Source: Gnetum montanum
Lineage: Eukaryota; Plantae; Gnetophyta
Reading direction: 5' to 3'
DNA length: 64,000 bases
Assembly: GCA_015680685.1 (NCBI GenBank)
Contig: MNCI01003226.1
Location: 62,001 to 126,000 of the forward strand
In this document: piece after piece, positions 39,811 through 52,367 of the stretch
Layout: each line of letters starts with the position of its first letter
How positions within the stretch are numbered: position 1 is the stretch's first letter
Notes under the pieces: model-generated
Seen by the model: the letters and a program-made list of their open reading frames with translations, nothing else
Database searches by the model: none
Told to the model about the DNA's origin: nothing
Made by a program: the position numbers and the translations under genes

Positions 39811-41040
39811 AGTCGGAAAATATGTTGGGGCAGGATGTTTTATGATCACAATGAATGAATCAAATCTGGAGGAAGAAGGAAAAATCATACTTAACATTAT
39901 TGATTTCTTTTTAGAAATGAAGTTTGTTATAAAAGTCGATGATTTAAGTTGGGTCTTCGGAGATTTTAATCCGATGACTGATGGTTGAACCGAGGCTTTG
40001 TGGTAGACTTGAAAAACTATGGTTCATATTAATGATTAAATACTCAGCAAAAATCACGAATCAGCTTTAAAAATGAGGAAAATCTCGGACTCGGATCGTT
40101 TGTCTCAAAAAATGGGCACATGCTTTATGGTTAATTTTATTGTTTTAAAGATTTTTTTGTTATATTAATTATTTTTTATTTAACTTTGGTTACTCCCCTC
40201 GTGAAAACTGGTTTAAATCGGCGATTTCTCTGTTTTTTTTACGTTTTTAGTGAATTGCTGGCCTCCAAATCGTCCGAGTTACTGGTAAGAGTCAACTCAG
40301 GTCGGAAAAGAAAGTAAACTATGGTCCATATGTATGTTCGTTGCCTGGCATTTTCAGTTTTGGGCATCAGGTAGTTTTGGCAACTATGTCAAGAATTGAA
40401 AATGTTTGCCGTAAACTGATGCTTTGACAAACCAGCATTTTTACCACCTATGCTAATGAGAATGATTTTAACGTTTGAATGGTCACAAGAAACTAACCTT
40501 TGACAACGCATTGGACTCCTTAAAGGAAACCCAGGATTTTCTCTGTTCCTGTGCACCTCAGGTGCAGCGCCTGCGACACGAGCTTTCCTAGAGCACTAGC
40601 ACGGTCTTCAAGTTGCATTAAAATCTAAAATATTAAACACAGAGTTATGTATACAAGCCCTTGTGTCTCGATTCTTCGAATGACCGTTAAATAACGATTT
40701 TGCCATGTAGATTCTGCAAGGAGCCTTATCCGCTTTTTCACGAGTTGCTTCCTGGCCACTCCTACTTGCTATCCCCTGTAAACTGATATCGATTATGGGT
40801 CAATGTAATTCACGAAGAAAGAGCATGTAGGTTTAACGACATCTTCATCAAAGGTGAAGTGTCAAAAGGAAGAGGAAGTGCCACCTTGGCGCGACCATGA
40901 CTCTTGTTTTAGTTACTAGCGATGCACATTTAAGTACGTGAGCATTAATTCCACTCAGAGTTTGATTTCAAATTTCAAAGTGGTATATTGACGGCTAAAG
41001 TTTAGTGATAATGATAGGGCTTAAATTAACAAAACGCATC

Positions 41041-41113
41041 GGGGATGTAGCTCACACGGTAGAGCGCTCGCTTTGCATGCGAGAGGTACGGGGATCGATA
41101 CCCTGCATCTCCA
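41041..41113 (+). tRNA. tRNA-Ala (anticodon TGC)
   Basis: 73-nt cloverleaf GGGGATGTAGCTCACACGG...CTTTGCAT...ATCGATACCCTGCATCTCCA; four differences from the AGC gene at 36348-36420. Confidence 0.92.
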
Positions 41114-41114
41114 A

Positions 41115-41769
41115 AATAAATTAGCATCTTTATTTTGGAGATGCAGGGTATCGGTTGTTATCATGATTATCATATTAGCCTTGTTCCAATAAATTAGCAT
41201 CTTTATTTTGGAGATGCAGGGTATCGGTTGTTATCATGATTATCATATTAGCCTTGTTCCAATAAATTAGCATCTTTATTTTGGAGATGCAGGGTATCGG
41301 TTGTTATCATGATTATCATATTAGCCTTGTTCCAATAAATTAGCATCTTTATTTTGGAGATGCAGGGTATCGGTTGTTATCATGATTATCATATTAGCCT
41401 TGTTCCAATAAATTAGCATCTTTATTTTGGAGATGCAGGGTATCGGTTGTTATCATGATTATCATATTAGCCTTGTTCCAATAAATTAGCATCTTTATTT
41501 TGGAGATGCAGGGTATCGGTTGTTATCATGATTATCATATTAGCCTTGTTCCAATAAATTAGCATCTTTATTTTGGAGATGCAGGGTATCGGTTGTTATC
41601 ATGATTATCATATTAGCCTTGTTCCAATAAATTAGCATCTTTATTTTGGAGATGCAGGGTATCGGTTGTTATCATGATTATCATATTAGCCTTGTTCCAA
41701 TAAATTAGCATCTTTATTTTGGAGATGCAGGGTATCGGTTGTTATCATGATTATCATATTAGCCTTGTT
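41115..41769. repeat. 73-bp tandem array x9, each unit carrying the reverse complement of the tRNA-Ala 3' end
   Basis: Unit aataaattagcatctttattttggagatgcagggtatcggttgttatcatgattatcatattagccttgttcc. GGAGATG recurs at 41137, 41210 ... 41721 with period 73. Confidence 0.97.
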
Positions 41770-41822
41770 GGAGACCATGTTGTGTCCTAGCCTTAACATA
41801 CGGCAAAATATTGTTGTTTGCT

Positions 41823-41991
41823 AGAGAAAATAAAATATACCATGAATCTCTAAAAGAAAATAAAATATACCATGAAACTCTAAAAGAAAATAAAATATAC
41901 CATGAATCTCTAAAAGAAAATAAAATATACCGTGAATCTCTAAAAGAAAATAAAATATACCATGAATCTCTAAAAGAAAATAAAATATACC
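41823..41991. repeat. 30-bp tandem repeat, ~5.6 copies
   Basis: Unit aaaagaaaataaaatataccatgaatctct; a further copy at ~42108-42137. Confidence 0.95.
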
Positions 41992-42149
41992 AGATAGGGA
42001 GATAATATGATAATCATGATAACAACCTTAGTCTAAGTGCTAGACCATGTTGTGTCCTAGCCTTAGTCTAAGTGCTAGACCATGTTGTACCATGTTGCTA
42101 ATTGCTCATGAATCTCTAAAAGAAAATAAAATATACCAGATAGGGAGAT

Positions 42150-42540
42150 GTAAAGTAGTCCTAAGTACATTACCGGTAATTCTTTAGATTCACAAGTTCA
42201 GTATCTTACAGCTAATGTCTTGATTAGAGACTATAGTTTTATCAGCAGGTTTCTTTTGGGTTCACATCCTCTAAGGATAAAGGATAAAAAGCAAAGATGG
42301 ATTTACCTGCCAAAGGGAGATTGCACATGTAGGTTATGTGGGTTTAGACGCTTAGAGGATGAGCAACATGTTTTAGTTAGTTTCATGTGACTGAATATTT
42401 GAGACAAAAATACAATATTATTGCCAAAAATTTATCTGCCAACATGTTTTTATTAGTTGTCATCTGACTTAACATTTGAGGCCAAAATACAGTATCACTG
42501 TCAAAAATTTGTCTAATTTATTTTTGTTGCATCCAGTAAT
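42150..42540 (+). mobile_element. Degraded LINE 3' end (C-terminal CCHC region)
   Basis: ISRFLLGSHPLRI...RWIYLPKGDCTCRLCGFRRLEDEQHVL resembles the RFRxGxHxL...CxxC...EDExH tail of non-LTR ORF2. Confidence 0.6.
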
Positions 42541-42597
42541 AGTTATTCACTGTGTTGAGACAGTTTTTGGTTTTTCATGATATGAATGTATCGGCTG

Positions 42598-43323
42598 TCA
42601 AATAGATAAACGTAATAAAATCTCCAGTTTCAGTTTCACTACCATAAAAAGAATATGTTGCCTGAAAAACCGACGGCATGCATTCATCTGAAATGAGAGC
42701 ATGCAATCAACTAATGTACTGAAATCACTTAAGTGTATCTTTATTTTTGAAGAATTGTACATATGGTGTTCCCATTATCCCTGCTGCTTCAGCAATCTCT
42801 GGATCCTCTTCTATATTAATTTCAACATAGTGTATGCTTCCATCAAATTCATCAATCACCTGCATGAAAAGGTAATTAAGCTTCTTTTATAGATCACCAT
42901 CAAAAGGTACCATGATGATGATGGTCAAGCCAAAACTTGAATATACAAAAACCCAATTTTTTAATAGAAAGATGCTCATTATTGGCGATCAAATATTATG
43001 TCAGAATTTCAACGTTCTATAAAGAATATGTGCATCTAATAAAAGCATAAAAACAAACATATAATAGTACCTTGTTAAGGATGGGCTTAAGTGTCCGGCA
43101 AGGTCCACACGTTGGAGCTGTATAAAGTACACATATCAAACGTGCACTGTCGTGATACAATTTCCGGAGTGCATACTGCAAAATGACTGCAAGACTAAAA
43201 GAATTCCAAGAAGAATTTCCATTTATTTTAGTAGCACAATTAATTTACCTGGCCCTGTGTTTGGTCAAATCCCATTTCTATGTCCTTATCTTTGATATCT
43301 TTCTTCGGCACTTCAGTCTTTGG
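42598..43323 (-). pseudogene. NTRC: NADPH-dependent thioredoxin reductase C, C-terminal thioredoxin exons (43249-43323, 43071-43175, 42729-42859, 42598-42661); probably degenerate
   Basis: PKTEVPKKDIKDKDIEMGFD..GQ / [35 protein letters not shown] / [40 protein letters not shown] with GT-AG junctions. The last exon lacks the expected SGVKMK tail. No upstream exons were found in the window. Confidence 0.8.
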
Positions 43324-43692
43324 CTGGCCATGTAAGAACATAATGGCCAAACAATCATTTCAATCAGAATTTATCTAAAGTAAAATAATTTGCACTTTGT
43401 GCATCCTAAACACTTAAATACATAAAAGCAACATACTTCATGTAAAAGTTTTAGTGAAATGTAAGCATAACCATTAATGATACTTAAGATACATAGTTAT
43501 TAAAACGATCAATGCATCTACATGAAAAAAAATGTCTTAATCATGGAATCACTTTTAACCAACAAAATATTGTCAAACATTCTAATTAAAAATTTTAGAA
43601 TAATGTAGACTTGGTACAATTATCAGTGTCAAGAAGATATACCCTCTAATCTAATAGAGACTATTTCAATAGACATCAAGTCTTTATTATAT

Positions 43693-44997
43693 TGTTGGAA
43701 ATTGATGTTAACGTATACATGGACTTGAACTTTCGAAGATCATATAAATATAGGAAGAATAATTATGCTATTCTATTCTCGACTCCTTGTGTTATTAAAT
43801 TGTCTCTTTTCAAATCATATTTTGAATTCCAATAAACACATGGTTATATAGCCACACATACAAAATCAATGTGCCACATATGAAGAATAATCTACTCAAC
43901 ATGGGTCAACTACTTGATATGAAGATGCACTTATGTGACAATCACCTCTCTATTTTGATAAAAGTGGTACACTCATTCTTAAAGCTCCTTTGACAAAAAA
44001 TCATGTGTTTCGAGTTAACATTACTAGTGAAGTTTATGCTTGTCTCAATGTTGTTATACAAGATGAATCTTGATTATGGCATCTTTGCTTTGGTCATCTA
44101 AATTTCCATAGTTTGAAGCTGCCTGCATAGGGAAATATGGTGAAAGGCTTGCCTAGCATACATCATCTTGGCCAGTTATGTGAAGCTTTCATTCTTAGAA
44201 AACATACAAGAAGGTCATTTGTAGTGGGAAATAATCGATGTGCAGCACAACCACTTGAGCTCATCCATTCTGATGTGTGTGGTCCTGTGAATGTCCTATC
44301 AAATGGTAACAATAGGCACTTCCTTACCTTTATTGATGATCTCACTAGGAAAACATTGGTTTATTTTATGAAAAGGAAGTCTAAAGTTTTTGATTATTTT
44401 AAGAAGTTGAAAGCTCATGTTGAAAGGTAAAGTGGTTATTTTGTTAAAATTCTAAGAATTGATGGTGGGGGTGAATATAATTCTCATGAATTTATGGAGT
44501 ATTATGAAGAGCAAGGAATAGAGCATGAAGTCACAATTTCTTACACTCCACAGCATAATGGAGTTGTTGAGTGAAAGAATTGAACCATCATGGACATCAT
44601 GAGGAGTATGCTCAAGGCCAAAGGATTGGCCTCTTCTTTTTGGGCAAAAGTAGTTTCATGTTCTATTTACTTGCTAAACAAAGCTCCAACAAGAAGTGTC
44701 CAAAATATCACCCCTGCAGAAGCTTGGAACAATTTCAAGGCAAATGTGAAACATCTTGAGGTGTTTGGCTCTATTGCTTATGCCCATGTTCTAGCAGAAA
44801 CAAGAATGAAGCTAGATGATCAAGGGAAGAAGACTATTTTTATTAACTATTGTTGTGGTGGATACAAGTTGTTCAACCCAGTGACAAAGAAGGTGATGGT
44901 GAGTAGAGATGTGACCTTTGCCGAAGACGAGGCTTGGAATTTGAATGTAGCTGTACATAATGTCTTTAAAAAATATCCTATTACAATTATTGATGAA
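43693..44997 (+). mobile_element. Ty1/copia element, 5' part (short LTR ~43693-43840, gag deleted, integrase), cut by element D
   Basis: TGTTGG...CACA LTR followed by a degenerate iMet [70 protein letters not shown] and SRDVTFAE motifs. Confidence 0.88.
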
Positions 44998-47900
44998 TGA
45001 TGAGACGCGATTCGCATGAGCCGCGATATCATGTCTTCCCCTGCGATGTCGCGTACGCGATATCACGGTCCACCGCCATATCTATAAATAAGAGGTCGCA
45101 CTCCCCTTATTCATCATCCTAGGCTAGAAGTAGGGAAACTCTGGTAGATTGATCACTCCAGAGATAGAATATTTTCCATGTGCCTGTAGTAGGAGTCCCC
45201 AATTGAACGGATCTTTATTCGAGAAACATTGTACCTAAACGCAAGTTGTGTACGGCAAAAAAGACGAGCTTTGTGGATAAACCTTGCAATGCATGGAATA
45301 GGATTTATTACTTATGCTTTATTACCTGTTATTTCTTACTTATTATTTATTACCCTGCAGTAGCGCGGCATGAGTATGACTTGATTACGAGCATTTACAG
45401 ATGTGTACGACCAATCAAGGAATCAGTTGCTCATCGTGATTAGAGTCTCTCACCCTCAACTCCTAAAATGCAGAATGAGTACGACTTGATTACGAGTATC
45501 TAAGGATGTGTACGGCTAGTCAAGGAACGGATGCTCATTACACTTAGGCTAGTTAAGTGCCTCAGTACGATCACTTCAAGCACGTGCGTTACGCGTGGTG
45601 ATCTCAGTAACGATTAGCGTTTGGTAGCCGCGGTTGCATAGTTCAGGGTGTGTGCAGTAAGTGGGAACGGATGCTGACGCTAGTTAATTTAGACTTAGTC
45701 ATTAGTTAGAATTAGTACTTAGTTTCTCAACCCTCAACTCAATAGCATAGAAGACATAAAACATAAAAGACCACAAATATCATATACCTCGGACTTACTT
45801 AACCATACACCATGACAACCACAAGTAAGTTTGGGAAGACAACGAATGATTAACCCCAAGTGTTCCATGGGGCGTGTAGGCACTTAGTCTGCGGAGTTTG
45901 ATCGGATCGCGCATGCTACGCTCGTTTCGTATGGTTGAGTGTAGGGCCACCTCGCCACTCATCATTAGCGTCGTTGCCAGGGACTAAGGGTTTGTGCGTC
46001 GAATAGAACATAAAGGATATCACTCACATCGTTGGGAGCCTAAACGAACCTTCAAGTTAATCAAAAGAGAAAATTTATATAATGGTGAAATAGCACATCG
46101 ATAAAAATGCCTTCTTCTCACAAGAGCACATCACCTAAGGGAAATATAAAAGACAGTCGGTAATCAAAAACACATAACCAAAATCAGCCAAGTCCTAAAC
46201 AATATAAGATAGTTTATACTCATCTCGATGAGTATATTCCAAACTTTACCTTTATCCTCCATCAAGATGAACAGATGCGTTGGAGGGATTTATTACTTGT
46301 TCTTTATTACCTATTATTTCTTACTTGTTATTTATTACCCTGCAGTAGCGCGGCATGAGCACGACTTGATTACGAGCATTTACAGATGTGTATGGCTAAT
46401 CAAGGAGTTGGCTACTCATCACGATTAGATTCTCTCACCCTCAACTCCTAGAATGCGGAATCAGTACAACTTGATTATGAGCATCTAAGGATGTGTACAG
46501 CTAGTCAAGGAACTAATGCTCATTATGCTTAGGCTAGTTAAGTGCCTCAGTACGACCACTTTGAGCACGTGCATTACTCGTGGTGATCCCAGTAACGATT
46601 AGCGTTTGGTAGCCGCGGTTGCATAGTTCAGGGTGTGTACGGTAAGTGGGAACGGATGTTGACGCTAGTTAATTTAGACTTAGTCATTAGTTAGAATTAG
46701 TACTTAGTTTCTCAACCCTCAACTCAATAGCATAGATGACATAAAACATAAAAGACCATAAAAATCATATACCTCGGACTTACTTAACCATACACCATGA
46801 CAACCACAAGTAAGTTTGGGAAGACAACGAATGATTAACCCCAAGTGTTCCATGGGGCGTGTAGGCACTTAGTCTGTGGAGTTTGATTGGATCGCGCATG
46901 CTATGATCGTTTTGTATGGTTGAGTGTAGGGGTACCTTGCCACTCATCATTAGTGTCGTTGCCGGGGACTAAGGGTTTGTGCGCTGAATAGAACATAAAG
47001 GATATCACTCACATCATTGGGAGCCTAAACGAACCTTCAGGTTAATCAAAAGAGAAAATTTATATAACCGTGAAATAGCACATCAATAAAAATGCCTTCT
47101 TGTCACAAGAGCACATCACCTAAGGGCAATATAAAAGACAGTTGGCAATCAAAAACACATAACCAAAATCAGCCACGTCCTAAACAATATAAGATAGTTT
47201 ATACTCATCCCGATGAGTATATTCCAAACTTTACCTTTATCCTCCATCAAGACGAATAGATGCGCTAGAGGGATTCGCATGGTAACATAGTGTTACCGCC
47301 AAATCGTGCAATCTCTAACATGTTTCTCTGTGCCTTGGCACAGATTGGCATGAAAAAATTATATGCCAAATATGTTACGGAAGACTTTGACATTAGGGAT
47401 TATCATCCCACAAAAGCACAACGTATGAGGGATGCAAACCAAGAGAGTCAACATACACTATTGAAGGGCAAAGGCCCGCACGTCCTAAGTGAAACTAGAG
47501 ATGATGGACCCATTACAACGGGTTCTCTATCAAGAGACATTCCCCCTCCTAATGATAGTGAGGAGGTTGGGTATCAGAACTTACGCTCAAAAATACACAA
47601 TCCTGGTTCTGATGCCCATGAACACCAACTGTTCACAGAGGGAATGACAACAAAAGACAAGGACAGGCACTTAGATCGTCACCACGATCGAGGCCGAAGT
47701 AGCCAAAGAGAAGGTAGGAACCATCGTCATGGCGATGGTTCTCCTTCTTCTTCCCCTTCTTCACATCACTCATCCTCTCCTTCCACATCAGGGTGCAATC
47801 ATGAAGAGCATAACGGAGAGGATAAAAGTAAGGAAAATGAGAGACCTCGACAAGAGAGTTGAGAGAAAGGACAAGGGCAAGGACGTAGGGAGAGTAGGGA

Positions 47901-49666
47901 ACAACGAAGACAGCACAAGCATCATGAAAGAGATGATCATGACAAGCCCGTACTCACAACCCGAAGTATGCTTGACGTAACGGAGGCAGTTAGAATTCCA
48001 ACAAGGCATTTAAAAGATAGTCGGATTAGACGCTTAGACATGAACAACATCCCACGATTTGAAGGGGGATACAATGTAGATCCACAAAATCATTTACAGG
48101 CATTCCACGATGCCTATGCCTTGCAAAATATAGAAAATGAGTGGCAAAACTTAAGTTTTTCCCAAGGACACTCACCAAGGAAGCAAAGAGTTGGTACTGA
48201 TCCTTAGAATCGGAAACCATCAGGAGGTGGAGTACGATGCTAGAACTGTTCAACGATAAGTATCAGACGTACTCCAAAGTGTCCAATTTGCGTAAGTAGA
48301 TCCAAGGCTGGAACCAAGGTACATATGAACCCTTGGATGCTACCATGGCCCACTACTAAACATTGTTACATCATTGCCCAGGCCATGGGTACGCTCAGCG
48401 AGATCAACTTCGCCACATCGTGGATGGGCTAAGGCATGACACTAGAAGAACCCTTGGGACTTATGCCCAAGGGAGACTATCACAACTCAGAGCCCATGAA
48501 GTACATCGCTTGTTGGAACAAGTAGCAAAAGAAGAAGGTGAGCTACAAAAAAGGGAAAGTACGAAAGAATACAATCGCGATCCCTCCCTTCGATGAAGGG
48601 AGTAAAATTTTGTGATGAGGAGGATGAGTCACCACTTGAAGAGTTGGTGAATCGGAAAACCTTGCCAATCCAAAAATTAACAGCTGAAGTATCGGGTAAG
48701 ATGGACCAATTATGGGATTCTTTAGACTTCATACTTGGAAGCGTCTTAAAAATTGCAGAGGAGTCTAAGGAGGAACGAAGTAGTGACAAAGGTAAGACAA
48801 AGCAGAGAGATTTAGGCCCTGCACATAACAAGGGTAAGGGGAAAATCGCTAACTCCGATGTGGCTATGGACTCTGACACAGACGATGATGGTGGATGTGA
48901 GATCTGCCACTATGACCATCCTAAGGGATGTTGTCCAATTATCTCACATCTATAAGAGTCTGGGTGTATGCGCTTAATCCAAGACTCAACCAACGGCAAA
49001 CACCTTGCAGGTTACCTTATCCACAAGGTAACCCAAGGCAATTCCACCAACCACTAACGTATTATCCAAGTGGAACTCCACCACAGCCCATCGGATAGCA
49101 TCAGCAATGGCAATACCCACAGTCATGGGGGATGCCACCGCTAACACAACAGTACCCTTATCGGCAGCCCGATCCTTATGGTTATTATGTGCAGCATCTG
49201 GTTTTTCCAGGTGACTCTATGGGTCACACAACCCCCCACCATCACTACCAAGTTCGGGAGTACTTCAGAAGGACTCCTTCTCCTCCGGGAGACATCTCAC
49301 ACTCATCCCATCCTCCAAATCTATCTGCACCTCTTCCACCAGTAGTAGTTCCCATAACACCTCCTACTCCAACAATGCAAGGGGAACTTCCTCCTCAACT
49401 GTAGCAACGTCACGCTGCGAGAGCTATAAATATTCAACTTGCTGCTGGTTCTGACAACTATAAAAAGAGAAGACCCTACTTCAGAACCAAAAGCCCAAAC
49501 AAACTCTCACAACAATAAGCAGTTGAGCCCAGGTACACTCCTCCACCACCTAACACTTCGGAGCACCCTTTAGTCCAACAGAGCTTAACACATACGGTTA
49601 TGTTAACGCATACCGTAACTAATTGGATCAAGGTAGGCCACTGTACTATCCGAAATCGTCGGTCTC
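44998..49666 (+). mobile_element. Athila-like element D, 5' part (LTR 44998-45964, duplicated LTR end/leader, gag ~47350-48955), cut by element E
   Basis: TGATGA...TCATCA LTR. tRNA-Asp-type PBS at ~45965 and again at ~46950. Gag similar to that of A and B (RLDMNNIPRFEG...NHLQAFHDAY). Confidence 0.88.
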
Positions 49667-52367
49667 CGGCTGGAACGGAACAGAGACTAAGAGATCACCG
49701 GACAAGCATAGAAGACCCTACCTTCGCCTGAGGGTGAGCTGGAACTAACGAAGGTAGAGTACCTTGGGTGGTCCGCAAGTGGATCAGACAAGGATTTCCC
49801 CGAACGTATGCCAATATGCGATACACTGGGTTATATGCAAATGGTGTAATAAATGTAAACTAGAGCATAAACGTACAGAAACACAATAGTAGTAAACAAG
49901 AACGAACGAAAAAACTGTGACAGATCTTAGCAAAAGAAATGTGGAAATATTATTGCAAAACGGAAAGTTACAATGCACCGGTCTAACGCAGTTGTGAATC
50001 TGACACAAGGCGGACAGAAGGCTCTAGTGGATGCAGGGGGATGATTGTTTGCTAGATTCGGCTGTAAGCACAGCGTGAAGGTTTTATGCTCAGCGTGCAG
50101 GGTGGAAGTCCAGCCTCAGGATGCCACGTTCTGGATGTTTTCTTTGTGTGTCTTGCCCCAATTTTTTTGCTCTGATCTTTCAATTTTTCAAACCCGGATC
50201 TGGTCAGAAATTGGGGTTTTTATTCAAGTTTAGACGTTAGACTTGGATCTGAGAGGGGATGATTGGCTGTGGGATGCTGGACTCTCGGGTCAGGTGACAT
50301 GTGGCACGTTGACCGAGTGTGAAAGAATGAAATTTTACAAGTGTACAACATGCTGCATGCCAGCGTATATTGCTGCACGCCAGTGTATACTGTTGTACGC
50401 CAGCGTGTACACGCTGGGTGTGTGAACTTGGCGTATAGACTTAACTAAAACAAAAGAAGTCATTTTTACAAACTACTGCTACAACAGGAAGCATCAAATT
50501 TGGCCCTCGGATTTGAATTCGGATGTCACAAGAATGCTACCTGTGGATGTTTAGCTCGGTTAGACTTGATCTGACACGGTTCTGGAGAGCTTTGATTGGT
50601 ATACGTTGTGCTACACACTGGGCGTACATGCTGTACACATTGGGCGTATATGCTAGGCGCGCAGGATGTACATGCTCAGCGTATAAACTCCAAAGTGCAT
50701 GATTTCGAGGCCAAAATTCGATTTTCTGGAGCCCATGATGACTCTTGACAATTGCTTTGTTCCTGTGAGTTGATGCCTTGCACGAAATCTTACTCCAAAG
50801 TGTCTGTTTCATGCAATCTTTGGAGTCACATGCTGGGCATACACGTCAGTCGTATGTGCTGAGTGTACATGTGAGGCATGCACACTGGGCGTGTACGCTG
50901 AGCGTGCATGCTGGGCGTACACGTTGGGCATGCATGCTACATACTGCATACTGAGTGAAAACCAAGTATCTTGAGCTCCAAATTTTCTGTGTTTGATGTT
51001 AGATGTCATCGTGGTCTTCTGCGAGTCCCAGGGAAACGTTTCTTGTTGAGTTCGACTCAGCTTGAAGCTATCTGTGAGGCCCTCAAGCTTCAGTCATGCT
51101 GGGGAGTATCATGACTTAGCTCGATTCTTGTTGGAGAAGTATTAAGCTCAGAATTTTGTGGTGTTTCATTGGCCCCTCTTTGTTGACGCTTGGAGGAGTC
51201 GACCCGAGAAGCGTCGACAAAGAAGTACAAAACAACATAAGCAACTAAGTAGTATTGTCCTTTGACACTTGACCAAATGTCATTGCGCCATGTCTAGTAG
51301 TACATAGGTTGGTGAGATGAAGTTTGTGGCTAGATAAGAAAGTAGAAATTATGGAGATTGGATACTGATCAAGGGATTGTACATGGCGAAGGGGGTGCTC
51401 TGGTATGTGTGCGGGTCATGCTAATCTTTGTCAATAGCCATTGTTCAGCCATTTTCTAGTAGACTTGGGATCAAAACATGAGGTGTACATCCTTTGGCGG
51501 CACATGACTCTTGTTTGGTGTTTAAGAGGACTTGTTGGCACAACCAAAGCCACGTGATGATGTGTTGCATTCTTTGGAGGAATAAGGACTCTGTTTAGTG
51601 TTTAAAGGAAACCTGTTGGTGGAAAGCCAAAGCTAGCTTTTTTTTTTGGGCGTAGAGCTTTGTTTTGATCTTGTGCGCATGCTCAAATGCCATGTTGTGG
51701 GTTGCAACTGCTTAAAAGTGTTGCAGTGTGCAACAGTGTGCTCAATGTTTCAGGCTGCACTGGGTGTGTTCGAGATGTAATTGAGTAGAATATGTTGAGG
51801 GATAGGTGGGATATGTAATGGGCGATGTACTAATGAATGGCTTGATTAGTCTTGTCATGTGTGTTAGGAACAACGTTGTACCTTGCTGCTGTGCTGAAGT
51901 GCATTCTTGTACGAACACCTTTGAGTGTCATCTTACAAACACAACTCCGAGAAGACAAGAAAACCACGAGTGAGTAAGCAAGCTTAGACTTAAACAGCTG
52001 CTGATGAAACAAAGGCACCAGACAAGATTTCAGGCACTACATATAAATGGCAGCAATGTTGTTAGGATTAACTGATGACGAGTGAGGCAATGACTCTGAT
52101 GAAGTTTGAATGCAGCTATAGATCAGGAGGCTAAAGATGAAGTTGCCAGTTTATAGTCGTAGTGGACTGTTGTGGGTTAGTTTTATGTCATAACCTGTTG
52201 GACATTGCCAGTTTAGCATCATAGCGGACGGTACATTGCTAGTTTATAGTCTTGGCAGACTGTGGAGAGGCAAACCAGTTTATAGTCTTAGCGGACTCTG
52301 GTGAATGAGACTGTGGTAGTTTAATGTCGTACCAGATGGGTGCTAGTTTATTGTCATTGTGGATGTT

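Noticed and set aside
41115-41769. CRISPR-like array or multiple primer-binding sites
   Set aside because: Units are identical with no variable spacers and no cas genes. A true PBS would read TGGTGGAGA (including the CCA complement) and follow an LTR.
41811-42005. ORF of KENKIYHESL repeats
   Set aside because: Translation of the 30-bp minisatellite.
43902-43915. TGGGTCAAC as the copia PBS
   Set aside because: It is coding sequence (NNLLNMGQLL); the better PBS candidate is at 43841.
49718-49757. Hairpin CTACCTTCG...CGAAGGTAG in the LTR of E as a hammerhead/retrozyme
   Set aside because: Lacks the CUGANGA and GAAA core boxes in the required arrangement.
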